NCBI GenBank assembly: GCA_017479985.1
Contig: JAFVBL010000030.1
Span: 2,509-66,508 of the forward strand
Direction: 5' to 3'
Source: Alphaproteobacteria bacterium
GTDB taxonomy: Bacteria; Pseudomonadota; Alphaproteobacteria; RF32; CAG-239
DNA length: 64,000 nt
Every line of letters begins with the position of its first letter. Within the stretch, counting starts at the first letter, position 1. The translations under genes and the position numbers were made by a program. Positions 1-8,564 of this stretch are shown piece after piece. The notes under the pieces were generated by a model. It saw nothing but the letters and a program-made list of their open reading frames with translations, ran no database searches and was not told the DNA's origin.

Positions 1-186
1 TTTGCGCAAAGAAGAAATGCCGTCAATCAAATGTATCAACAAGAATTGGCCTCGGTTGACCAAAGCATCACCAAAATCATTATGGACGAAGCCAAAAAGC
101 TTGGCTACAATATGGTCTTGACCAAAAATGTTGTTGTTTGCGGCGGTGATGACATTACCGAAGAGGTTCGTAAATTGATTAAATAA
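1..186 (+). CDS. 3' end of an OmpH/Skp-like periplasmic chaperone gene (5' part lies outside the window)
   Basis: Frame 1 is open from the window edge to TAA at 184-186. The tail ...KKLGYNMVLTKNVVVCGGDDITEEVRKLIK resembles Skp/OmpH C-termini. It is absent from the ORF track because no start codon lies in the window. Confidence 0.4.
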   Translation, partial: FAQRRNAVNQMYQQELASVDQSITKIIMDEAKKLGYNMVLTKNVVVCGGDDITEEVRKLIK

Positions 187-255
187 TCGCCGGCATTCTT
201 ACAATGTTTGTTCCAAACCGCTCGTAAAGGGCGGTTCTTTTATAAGGATATATTG

Positions 256-783
256 ATGAAAATATTGATTATCGGACCTTTGGGAGCCGGAAAATCGACG
301 CTCGCGTATCATTTGAACCGCACGTTTAAACTGCCGAGATTAAATTTAGACGAAGTATCACGTATAAAAGGCGGCGGATACCGCAAACAATCGAGACAAT
401 CAGATATTTTGAATAACTTCATACAACAACATCCCGCTTGGGTGATGGAAGGAAGTCAAAAGAGTTTATACACACGCGTATTTCCGGATTTAATCATCGA
501 TATGCGTCTGAATTGGATAATTGCCGCGTGGCGTTTTACTTTACGTTTTTTCAAAGCCAAAAAACTGCTTAATAAAGAAATCGCTCCGGATTTACCTGTT
601 CAAGCCTATCATTATCGAAAAATAACCTTAAACAAAATTCTTGAGGAACAGTGCCAATCGTGAAATCAACACTGAAATAACCGATTTTTTGCGCAACAAC
701 AGCACCCCAACGATCAAATGTCGGCATTATCGCGATTATAAAAAAGTAGAAGAATTTATCCGTCAACAGTTTATTGCTTTGTG
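256..783 (+). pseudogene. P-loop NTPase/kinase of the FlaR (topology-modulation) / adenylate-kinase-like type, with an apparent +1 frameshift near 632-662
   Basis: MKILIIGPLGAGKSTLA Walker A starts at 256 and this frame stops at 663. The +1 frame is open 632-783 and encodes ...TPTIKCRHYRDYKKVEEFIRQQFIAL, which looks like the missing C-terminus of this family. Confidence 0.45.
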
Positions 784-1286
784 ACAATATGTTCCGGATA
801 CAGGGGTATATTCTTCAATTTTTCCCTAAAGAAAAACGGATATGCCTCATATTCCGCCAATTTATCCACCGGCAACCACACCATTTGCTCGTCTACGGTA
901 TTGTTCAAGGCTTTACTGTGACTGTTAAGCTGTTGTGTTCCACGCGGTTTCATCAAAAAATAAAACGTTATCTCGTGGCACTCTAAATCTTTAAGCATTC
1001 CGTCATCACGTTTAAAGAAATTTTCCTGCACAAAAGCCAATCTGTCAATTTTGTAATCCACACCGGTTTCTTCCTTAACTTCTCGTACAACCGTTTGTTC
1101 AACGGTTTCACCGAGCCGAACGCCGCCGCCGACGGTGTAATAATAACTTTCCGCCGCATTCGTGGCAAACAAAACATATCCGTTTTCAATAATAATCGCC
1201 GCAGCCCGTAATCTGAAGCGCCTGTTATCTTTGGTTTGAAAACATATATCTTCATTTATCATTTCGGTTAAATTAGATATTTTCAT
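771..1286 (-). CDS. Nudix hydrolase
   Basis: Nudix box GGGVRLGETVEQTVVREVKEETGV; 171 aa. Confidence 0.85.
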   Translation of the reverse strand: MKISNLTEMINEDICFQTKDNRRFRLRAAAIIIENGYVLFATNAAESYYYTVGGGVRLGETVEQTVVREVKEETGVDYKIDRLAFVQENFFKRDDGMLKDLECHEITFYFLMKPRGTQQLNSHSKALNNTVDEQMVWLPVDKLAEYEAYPFFFREKLKNIPLYPEHIVTKQ

Positions 1287-1394
1287 CTGCCGTCCTTTCT
1301 TTTATAAAATCCGCAATTTGCTTTACCGTTTCTTCCGGCGAAAGATTTCCGAAAAATATTCGGTCATTATCCGCTCCTTCGCATAAAATTAACC

Positions 1395-2195
1395 CTATCT
1401 GAGCAAAATATGCTCAAACCACTTTTCCTGAAAAGCAACATCTTTTTCAATCTCCGCATTGTCCAAATCGTATGCTTCCGGCACCACAATCAACTTATCG
1501 TCATCATCGTTTGTCCGATGCACAACCCCGATACAGCGCCCGACATATTCTTGCAACGGCTTATCTTCCATCAACACATAAGCATCTAATTCTTCGCCGT
1601 CGCCTGATTTTGTAAACGGAACAAATCCGTAATTTATCGGATACTCAAAGCCGTATTTGGGATGTTTACTGCCAAGCGGACGATCAATCCGCACAAAAAC
1701 CTGCTTGCCGATATATTGTGTTGCCGCTGCATTATGCAATACCACCGGATAATCATCTTCATAATTCCACGGTTCATATTGCTTGGCAAGCGTGTTAAAC
1801 GCATTTTCATCTATCAAAAGCGAGGAATCATCATTTTCGGTTCGTGTCAAAGTGCGACGTTTTGCTTCACCTAAACCACATTCGGTTATATGGAAAACAA
1901 CTTTTTCCGTCAGTGTTTTTGCCCACATAAAATATTCTTCACGCTTTGCGTGTGTCCAAAATCCGTAATCCAATATAACATCGCGTCCCCGTGCAATATA
2001 TTCAGCCGTTTCCGCCCGAATAAAAGCATCGACCAGTGCATATTTTTCCTGAAAATTATCCGGATTCCGTCCGTAACGTGCAAACATTATCTCATCGTGC
2101 GTCAACCGCACCGCCGGAATTTCTTTTTCCAGCCGTTTGGCAGCCGTTGTTTTGCCAAACCCCATAAACCCGACCATTAAATGTATTACTGCCAT
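1395..2195 (-). CDS. Fusion protein: N-terminal P-loop kinase-like domain plus C-terminal family-I inorganic-pyrophosphatase-like domain
   Basis: Walker A MVGFMGFGKTTAAKRL sits at the N-terminus. The C-terminus YPINYGFVPFTKSGDGEELDAYVLMEDKPLQEYVGRCIGVVHRTNDDDDKLIVV matches the PPase core (YPxNYGFIPxT..DGDPLD..IGVL.M.D...D.K). Start chosen at the Met just before the P-loop. Confidence 0.6.
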   Translation of the reverse strand: MAVIHLMVGFMGFGKTTAAKRLEKEIPAVRLTHDEIMFARYGRNPDNFQEKYALVDAFIRAETAEYIARGRDVILDYGFWTHAKREEYFMWAKTLTEKVVFHITECGLGEAKRRTLTRTENDDSSLLIDENAFNTLAKQYEPWNYEDDYPVVLHNAAATQYIGKQVFVRIDRPLGSKHPKYGFEYPINYGFVPFTKSGDGEELDAYVLMEDKPLQEYVGRCIGVVHRTNDDDDKLIVVPEAYDLDNAEIEKDVAFQEKWFEHILLR

Positions 2196-2259
2196 TTCTT
2201 TTATCTCCCTGTTAAGCGGATTGAGCCGCACATTTCTGTCGCGAACACTGTTTTTAAAA

Positions 2260-3654
2260 TTATCGCGCCCCTATCAATGAAACAGAAGAAATCGTATCTC
2301 CCATTCCGACCAATGTTTTCGGCTGATTGACAATAATTGTCGGAACGGCAATCAAATCCGCACCGGTATATTCGGCAATACCGTTCTCGGAAAATTTCGG
2401 ATTATTCAAAACATTGGACAAAGCACGCATATTTTCCGCCGCAACATCACCAATGTCCTTACCGTGTGCCCATAACAGATTTTCCGACCGTTCAATATTG
2501 CCCAAACCGGCTTTTGATGCCGCAACCGTCGCTGCCAACATCATACCACGCCTGTTTGCTTCCGGAGAAACGGCAAACCCTTTATTTTGCAATGTCAGGT
2601 ACGTACCGTAAAAATGCAGTTGGATTCGCGGCGTTTGTAATTCTTCCTTAAGTTTATATAAAATATCAAGCAAAACCGGTGCAGTCAACGTAGAATTTTG
2701 CAACTTTGCAAACATTTCCGGTGCCGTAACCTCCAACGCATCAAGAGCTTCTCGCTCATTTAAACCGACGGAATCAACAAGCGGCGCAATACTATGCAAA
2801 ACAGCTTTGCGTATCGCTTTATCCTGTGTTGACGCCAATTCCAAATGAATAATGCCTTGCGGATTGTTATGTTTCCATTGTTGCACCAACGGCACAATTT
2901 TTTCGATTCGCGCCATTCCGCCGCGCGCCTGCGTCAAATTATGGAAACCGGATAAAATCATATAATCAAAACCGGCTTTTTCGATATATTTTAGAAAACC
3001 GTTATTGATTTTCAGCTCAATATTTGCCGTATCGTATGTGGCAATAAAGCGATTCGCCTTCGGGCAAACATATTTTTTTGTTTCAAACTCAAACACATCA
3101 TTACAATCAAACTCAATAATCTGATGAATAAGCGGCGCATCTTCGGCACAATCCATACTATATGCTTTTCCGATTGCACCGTTTTTATCAACCGCATATA
3201 AATTCGGCAAATCCAAAAACTGCTCAGCCTGCAATTTCGGCAGTGAATTTGTGTGTGCGCACACTTCGTTTACGCCAAGCACAGCCAGAACATTGGCAAC
3301 AATCCCCGCCTGACCGCCCATTTGCAATCGGTCATAGCCCAAATTGTCACGCATCCATTCATAAACCCGACCGTCTTCACACAGCCATTCTTCGGCAATC
3401 CCGTTTATGAAGCACTTCACAATACCGCGCACCACATCTTTCGGCGTAAATAAAAATGTTTCCGTTTGCAATAAATCCTCCGGTCGCAAATCAACCGTTC
3501 GTGCCAATTCGGAAAGCTGTTTACCGCTGATTTTAACCACCGCATCAATATTGGTATTAAACGCCGTTACCGCACGCCGCACTTCTTGCACACGCACCAA
3601 CTGCGCCGGCACATTTTCGTACGCACACCGCCATATTTCGCGCAAATCGGCCAT
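2260..3654 (-). CDS. ADP-dependent sugar kinase (ADP-PFK/ADP-GK family, ribokinase-like fold)
   Basis: Family motifs are present in order: AFNTNIDAV, LQMGGQAGIVAN, HLELAS, SVGLNEREAL, LHFYGTY, TLVGMGDTISS. The start overlaps the upstream stop by 1 nt (TAATG). Confidence 0.8.
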   Translation of the reverse strand: MADLREIWRCAYENVPAQLVRVQEVRRAVTAFNTNIDAVVKISGKQLSELARTVDLRPEDLLQTETFLFTPKDVVRGIVKCFINGIAEEWLCEDGRVYEWMRDNLGYDRLQMGGQAGIVANVLAVLGVNEVCAHTNSLPKLQAEQFLDLPNLYAVDKNGAIGKAYSMDCAEDAPLIHQIIEFDCNDVFEFETKKYVCPKANRFIATYDTANIELKINNGFLKYIEKAGFDYMILSGFHNLTQARGGMARIEKIVPLVQQWKHNNPQGIIHLELASTQDKAIRKAVLHSIAPLVDSVGLNEREALDALEVTAPEMFAKLQNSTLTAPVLLDILYKLKEELQTPRIQLHFYGTYLTLQNKGFAVSPEANRRGMMLAATVAASKAGLGNIERSENLLWAHGKDIGDVAAENMRALSNVLNNPKFSENGIAEYTGADLIAVPTIIVNQPKTLVGMGDTISSVSLIGAR

Positions 3655-4874
3655 TATTGCACCGCGTGTTCCAATTCTTTAAGGTGAATATTGGCAAGCG
3701 CGTTCATTATCAAACCGCTGACGGCATTGTTGAATTGAATATAACGAGAAACTTGCAAATACCATTCATTTAAAGGTTTTGAATCGACTTTGGCATATTT
3801 TTCGCTTGTTTTCATTGCATTCAACGCATCTTGGAACCGTCCTTCGTGCACCAACTCATAAACTTCATCATTTTGTGCCGTAAACACCGGACGCTCTTGT
3901 CCTTTTTTGACGACAATCGACTGTTTGAGCCAAACAAGAGCCTTTTCATACCATTTTTTCGCCGCATCGGCTTCAGATTTTTCTGCCATATCAATTTTTG
4001 TTTGCGAATTGTTTAACTCGGCAAAAACTTTATCAAAATTACGAATCAGCTGATTTTTACCCAAAACCCCGACATTGGCAAACATACGAACTGTCCGAAC
4101 ATAATTTTCCGCCAATTCGTTACCGCGGGCCAAAATTTGCAGCACTTCGGCTTCGTATGCAAAGCTGCCCCCCTGCTCGGCCAAATCGCGCACAATAATT
4201 GCACCGCTGGCCAACAAAACTTCTTGCGTTTTCTTTTCTGTTGCCGCCAAAGAAGCAATTTGCGGTTCAAGCAAAATACGACGCTGCTCCGGCAATGTTT
4301 CCGACTTCGGCTCATTTTCACCCTTAACGGCGGCAGATTCCGATTCGTTTGCTTCTGCCACATTCGGATTCTTTTCTGCAAATTGAGCCAAACGATATTC
4401 AAATTCATCACGCACGGCGGCAATTTTCTGATTAAGCTGATTTTCGCTCACACCGGCAACTTGTTCCACAATCGGTCTGTCTTTGAGTGCCGCCACTTCG
4501 CGCTCCAATATGTTTATTTTAACGGCAACGGCATTAACTTTTTCATCATACGCCGCTTGCAATTTTTGCAAAGCCGCGGCATTTTGTTCTTTGGTCTGTT
4601 GCAAACTGATTGCCAAAAATGCGACACACCCGAGCAAACATAAAAAGATAAAAAACACAAACTTCCGCCAACCGTGATGCTTATGATGCGGCGGTTCCGG
4701 CTTTTCCGGCTTCGGTCCTTTATGCGGTTCCGGCTTCGGCAATTTTTCCTCTTGTTTCCGATGCAGTGCCGTTTCAAAAATCGCCGCCGTCGATTCGGTA
4801 ATTTTTTCCGGCGCAGCCGTTACTTCCGATTCTTTAACAGGTTTATTTTCCGTTTTGTTCTCATTTTTAGCCAT
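3654..4874 (-). CDS. Mic60/mitofilin-like (HemX-like) membrane-anchored coiled-coil protein
   Basis: Architecture is a Pro/Lys/His-rich N-terminus, one TM (FVFFIFLCLLGCVAFLAISL), a coiled coil, then a C-terminal domain (...GGSFAYEAEVLQILA...VGVLGKNQLIRNFDKV...WYEKALVWLK...HEGRFQDALNAMK...PLNEWYLQVSRYIQ). This pattern fits the alphaproteobacterial mitofilin domain. It is divergent from tsaD. Confidence 0.5.
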   Translation of the reverse strand: MAKNENKTENKPVKESEVTAAPEKITESTAAIFETALHRKQEEKLPKPEPHKGPKPEKPEPPHHKHHGWRKFVFFIFLCLLGCVAFLAISLQQTKEQNAAALQKLQAAYDEKVNAVAVKINILEREVAALKDRPIVEQVAGVSENQLNQKIAAVRDEFEYRLAQFAEKNPNVAEANESESAAVKGENEPKSETLPEQRRILLEPQIASLAATEKKTQEVLLASGAIIVRDLAEQGGSFAYEAEVLQILARGNELAENYVRTVRMFANVGVLGKNQLIRNFDKVFAELNNSQTKIDMAEKSEADAAKKWYEKALVWLKQSIVVKKGQERPVFTAQNDEVYELVHEGRFQDALNAMKTSEKYAKVDSKPLNEWYLQVSRYIQFNNAVSGLIMNALANIHLKELEHAVQ

Positions 4875-4975
4875 TTTCGTATCCTTTTTCTTGACATTTT
4901 GCCCGAATATATTTCATATATTTATAACAAAAATAGTTTAAAGTGAATAAATAAAATCATTTTTTAAGGAAAACA

Positions 4976-6049
4976 ATGATTGTTTTGGGAATAGAAAGCA
5001 GTTGTGATGATACCGGCGCCGCGGTTGTAACCGATCAAAAAGAAATCCTCGGCGAAGCGTTGCAATCACAGGAAGAACATAAGCAATACGGCGGTGTCGT
5101 ACCGGAAATTGCCGCACGCGCACACTTGGAACATATTGATGAAATTGTATCACTGTGTTTGCAACGTGCGCATATTGAACTTAATCAGGTTGATGCCGTT
5201 GCCGCTTCGTGCGGTCCGGGGTTAATAGGCGGTGTCGTGGTCGGTGCAATGACGGCAAAAGCCTTGGCTTTGGCACTTGATAAACCTTTTATCGCCGTCA
5301 ATCACTTGGAAGGACACGCCCTTTGTGCCCGTATAGCCAATGATATCCGTTTCCCGTATTTACTCTTGCTTGTTTCGGGCGGACATTGTCAAATTCTGGT
5401 GGTTAAAAATGTCGGAGAATATGAGCGTCTCGGTACAACAATCGATGATGCTGCCGGTGAAGCTTTTGATAAAGTTGCAAAAATGCTCGGTTTAGGGTAT
5501 CCGGGCGGTCCGATGATTGAAAAAATGGCGGCAATCGGTGACGATTCGCGCTTTACGTTGCCGCGTCCGCTCTTAAATTCCGGCGACTGCAATCTCTCTT
5601 TTTCGGGCTTAAAAACCGCCGTGCGCAAAATCATCGAATCATACACCCAGGACGGCATTGTCGAACACGCCATTTTACCGAAACAGGATGTTGCCGATAT
5701 TTGTGCCTGTTTTCAAATGACGGCAACCGATTGTTTGGTACGCAAACTCGAACGCGCGATTAAATATTTCAAACAAAAATATCCCGACGGCGAACATTTG
5801 GTTGTTTCTGGCGGTGTTGCCTCAAACACATATTTACGAAACGCCCTCAAAAAATTGGCCGCCGACAATGATTTGGAATTTGCCGCACCGCCGATTCGTT
5901 TTTGCACCGACAACGGCGTTATGGTTGCGTGGGCAGGACTGGAACGCTACCGCTTGGGTTACACCAACAGTCTGGACTTTAAACCGCGTCCGCGTTGGCC
6001 GCTTGATGAAACCGCGCCCAAAGCTCCCGGCGCCGGGGTCAAAGCATAA
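4976..6049 (+). CDS. tsaD: tRNA N6-adenosine threonylcarbamoyltransferase TsaD
   Basis: Full-length Kae1/TsaD-like sequence (GIESSCDDTG..., HLEGH, GGVASN). Confidence 0.95.
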   Translation: MIVLGIESSCDDTGAAVVTDQKEILGEALQSQEEHKQYGGVVPEIAARAHLEHIDEIVSLCLQRAHIELNQVDAVAASCGPGLIGGVVVGAMTAKALALALDKPFIAVNHLEGHALCARIANDIRFPYLLLLVSGGHCQILVVKNVGEYERLGTTIDDAAGEAFDKVAKMLGLGYPGGPMIEKMAAIGDDSRFTLPRPLLNSGDCNLSFSGLKTAVRKIIESYTQDGIVEHAILPKQDVADICACFQMTATDCLVRKLERAIKYFKQKYPDGEHLVVSGGVASNTYLRNALKKLAADNDLEFAAPPIRFCTDNGVMVAWAGLERYRLGYTNSLDFKPRPRWPLDETAPKAPGAGVKA

Positions 6050-6064
6050 CAAAGGAGACCGAAA

Positions 6065-6715
6065 ATGCGTTCAAAAAAAGACATTCTTGCAATTATGAAA
6101 ATTTTTGCTTCAGAAAATCCCAATCCGCAATGTGAGCTGCATTTTCATAACCCGTACACATTGCTTGTTGCCGTTATGCTTTCGGCACAAAGCACGGATA
6201 AAGGCGTAAACAAGGCGACCGAAGCTTTGTTCAAAATCGCCGATTCACCGCAAAAAATATTGGCCCTCGGCGAAGAAAAACTCAAAGATTACATCAAAAC
6301 TATCGGCTTGTTTAACAATAAAGCCAAAAACATTATGCTTATGAGCAAACAGCTTATTGAGGATTTCGGTGGCGAGGTTCCTGCCGACCGCGACACCTTA
6401 ACCACACTTGCCGGTGTTGGTCGCAAAACCGCAAACGTTGTGATGAACGTATGGTATCATCAGCCGACGTTGGCCGTTGATACGCACGTTATGCGCATCG
6501 CGCATCGGCTTGAATTCAGCCGCGGCAAAACACCGCTTGAGGTGGAAACCGATTTAATGAAAGTTTTACCGCCGGAATTTATTATCAATACAAATCATTG
6601 GCTGGTGCTGTTCGGTCGCTATATATGCAAAGCACAAAAACCGCTTTGCGCACAGTGTCCGATTTATGATTATTGCAATTGCAAAGATAAACAACCGCGC
6701 CCGATAAAGGAGTAA
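6065..6715 (+). CDS. nth: Endonuclease III
   Basis: HhH-GPD region (LAGVGRKTANVV) and C-terminal 4Fe-4S cluster loop CKAQKPLCAQCPIYDYC. Confidence 0.95.
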   Translation: MRSKKDILAIMKIFASENPNPQCELHFHNPYTLLVAVMLSAQSTDKGVNKATEALFKIADSPQKILALGEEKLKDYIKTIGLFNNKAKNIMLMSKQLIEDFGGEVPADRDTLTTLAGVGRKTANVVMNVWYHQPTLAVDTHVMRIAHRLEFSRGKTPLEVETDLMKVLPPEFIINTNHWLVLFGRYICKAQKPLCAQCPIYDYCNCKDKQPRPIKE

Positions 6716-6720
6716 AAAAG

Positions 6721-8556
6721 ATGAAAAAAACACTGTTCGGCTTTATTTTTTTCGTATGTTTGTTGATTTCTTCCCCAATGCACGCTGCCGAAGATTTAAT
6801 CAACGCCGAAATCTTAAAAAATCACTTTACCGATATGGCATATTTTACAAAATGGTATCAATCGCTTAATCAGACAGATAAAAATCAAGTGCTCGGCGGA
6901 ACTGTCGCGTTATGCGAGCCGGATTTAACCGAAATCGCCCTGCAAAACGGCGGCGACGTAAATACTCCCGTATATGTTTTGCACCAATTTTTACATCATC
7001 TCGGCAATAATTTTTACGATACGCTGATATATACTTATAACACAAAAGAAGCAATGCTTGCCGATGCCGAAACCCGATTGGCCGGAGAAAAAACAAACGA
7101 AAAAATGAACAGCAAAAAGCATCAAACAGTCTGGACCCCGAATTTTGCAGAATTTGAAGAATCTTCTTTGTTGAAACAAACACTCAAAAACAGCAACGCA
7201 CAATGCTCCTGTGCAAAAAAGATTCGCTTGGTTCGGATTCTTTCGGAACACGGCACTCCGACGGATATACAGGATATTTTTACGCAGCTCTTATATACAT
7301 TGGAAGATGATGAATATACCGAAAACCATAATTCCGAACAAACAACGGATAATTCCTGTATGGACTTGCTGCACTTTGTGCTCAAAACCTTACCGAAAGA
7401 ACTTATCGATGAAAATACGATGACTTCCGCTTTAATTCAGGCATATTTCAATAATTCACCGGAAGTTGTCGATGTATTAAAAAATGCCGGATTCAAAATC
7501 TATCCGCAAACCCAAGCGGCTTATGACGGATTCCTGACTGCCGCCGCTCAAGATGATTTACCGCTTTTGCAGCAATTGCTTGACGCGGGCGTAAATATCG
7601 ATTACCAAAACGAAAACGGAGATACGGCACTTGCACTGTCCGTTCGCCACAACAATGCTCATATTGCCGCATTTTTACTTGAAAACGGTGCCGACCCGCT
7701 TTTGAAAAATCACAAAAACCAATCACCTTTTTATGAATGCGGATACGATATATGTCGTTTGCATCAAGAGGGGTTAAAAGAATTTCAGGCAACCGGTGTA
7801 AATGCCGCTTGGTCACTAAAAGACGCCGTAGAAAAAAACAATTGCGAAGTCATCAATGCTTATCTGGAAAAAAATTACAACCCATATACCGACGTTTTCG
7901 GTACACCGTTACTGTTTCTTACGCTTCAAAATCCGGAAAAATCGCTTTGTCTGCCGAATATTTTGAAAGGCGGTCTGCCACTCGATATTGTTAAAAAAGA
8001 TGGACTTGTTCCGCTTTTGTATGCCGCCCAAAAACACAATTTTGAAGCCGTTCGCCAACTGATTGAACACGGTGCTCAAATTGACGCGCAGGACCAAAAT
8101 GACAATACGGCACTGACCTATGCCGTGATTGACGGTGATATTGCAACAATTCGCTTTTTATTGGAAAATAAAGCAAAAACAAATATCCGCAACAAAAAAG
8201 GGGTTACCGCATTGCTATATGCCGCCAAACACAACAATCTTGCCGCTGTCAAATTATTGGTTGAACACGGCACAAACATCAATGAACACGATAAAAACGG
8301 CAACACTCCTTTGCATTATTCCATACCGAATAACAATGCCGAAATGGCAGAATTTTTGCTTGCACACGAGGCAAAGACGGATATTAAAAATGTTGACGGA
8401 TTAAGTGTTCTGAATATCTGCGCACAAAAAACATACAAAAAAACCAAAAGTTGCAAAGTTATTCGGCAGACATTAGAAGATAAAAACACACAACAAACAG
8501 AACCGCAAACCGCACCGGATTCGGTAAAACCAAACTCTACGGATAAAAAAGAATAA
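6721..8556 (+). CDS. Secreted ankyrin-repeat protein
   Basis: Signal peptide MKKTLFGFIFFVCLLISSPMHA. The C-terminal half carries multiple ANK units (GDTALALSVRHNNAHIAAFLLENGADP, DNTALTYAVIDGDIATIRFLLENKA, GVTALLYAAKHNNLAAVKLLVEHGTN, GNTPLHYSI...). Confidence 0.85.
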   Translation: MKKTLFGFIFFVCLLISSPMHAAEDLINAEILKNHFTDMAYFTKWYQSLNQTDKNQVLGGTVALCEPDLTEIALQNGGDVNTPVYVLHQFLHHLGNNFYDTLIYTYNTKEAMLADAETRLAGEKTNEKMNSKKHQTVWTPNFAEFEESSLLKQTLKNSNAQCSCAKKIRLVRILSEHGTPTDIQDIFTQLLYTLEDDEYTENHNSEQTTDNSCMDLLHFVLKTLPKELIDENTMTSALIQAYFNNSPEVVDVLKNAGFKIYPQTQAAYDGFLTAAAQDDLPLLQQLLDAGVNIDYQNENGDTALALSVRHNNAHIAAFLLENGADPLLKNHKNQSPFYECGYDICRLHQEGLKEFQATGVNAAWSLKDAVEKNNCEVINAYLEKNYNPYTDVFGTPLLFLTLQNPEKSLCLPNILKGGLPLDIVKKDGLVPLLYAAQKHNFEAVRQLIEHGAQIDAQDQNDNTALTYAVIDGDIATIRFLLENKAKTNIRNKKGVTALLYAAKHNNLAAVKLLVEHGTNINEHDKNGNTPLHYSIPNNNAEMAEFLLAHEAKTDIKNVDGLSVLNICAQKTYKKTKSCKVIRQTLEDKNTQQTEPQTAPDSVKPNSTDKKE

Positions 8557-8564
8557 ATACCGTC

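Noticed and set aside
1287-1394. An open minus-strand frame between the kinase/PPase fusion and the Nudix gene that translates to a protein-like ...ILCEGADNDRIFFGNLSPEETVKQIADFIKERTADENI*.
   Set aside because: It has no ATG/GTG/TTG start after the upstream in-frame TGA and spans only about 43 codons. It may be a gene remnant or chance. There is not enough evidence to annotate it.
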